64,000 nt of DNA from the human T2T-CHM13v2.0 reference genome, Homo sapiens. Positions 63,961 to 64,000 of the stretch are shown one piece after another; the first letter of the stretch is position 1, and each line of letters opens with the position of its first letter. The stretch is from NCBI RefSeq assembly GCF_009914755.1, contig NC_060935.1; one strand, written 5' to 3'. The position numbers and the translations under genes were made by a program. The notes under the pieces are model-generated. The model was not told where the DNA came from. It did not search any database and was given only the letters and a program-made list of their open reading frames with translations.

Positions 63961-64000
63961 GTGTTGTGTTAAAGGAAAGCACAGTGCTGCATGGGGACAC

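Overview
This is human (hominoid-primate) non-coding genomic DNA, intergenic or intronic. A human-specific AluYa5 and a hominoid SVA set the taxon. I find no credible protein-coding exon: the supplied ORFs are Alu, L1, MaLR or microsatellite read-throughs, or chance ORFs, many starting at TTG or GTG. A large share of the window is recognisable transposon fossils: 7 Alus, L1PA/PB/MA/MB/ME pieces, L2 and MIR, MaLR and ERVL LTRs (including a complete two-LTR THE1A and an MLT2A solo LTR), hAT-type MITEs and a 5'-truncated SVA. There is also a retroposed 5S rRNA pseudogene and an 82-nt tRNA-Ser(AGA)-like locus. I do not see a new multi-gene system. The best leads are: (i) a tRNA-Ser(AGA) copy with compensatory anticodon-stem changes and a genomic Pol III terminator; (ii) a 5S pseudogene and an Alu inserted head-to-head at one palindromic L1-endonuclease site; (iii) DUX4-type motifs in several LTRs, including an MLT2A with an intact splice donor; (iv) an AluSc/Sp-Sq chimera lacking a TSD; (v) a GGAT/CCAT fold-back hairpin; (vi) a MER53 hairpin carrying a miR-1302-like sequence. 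Repeat family names come from recalled consensus sequences, not a RepeatMasker run, so subfamily calls and old-element boundaries are approximate.
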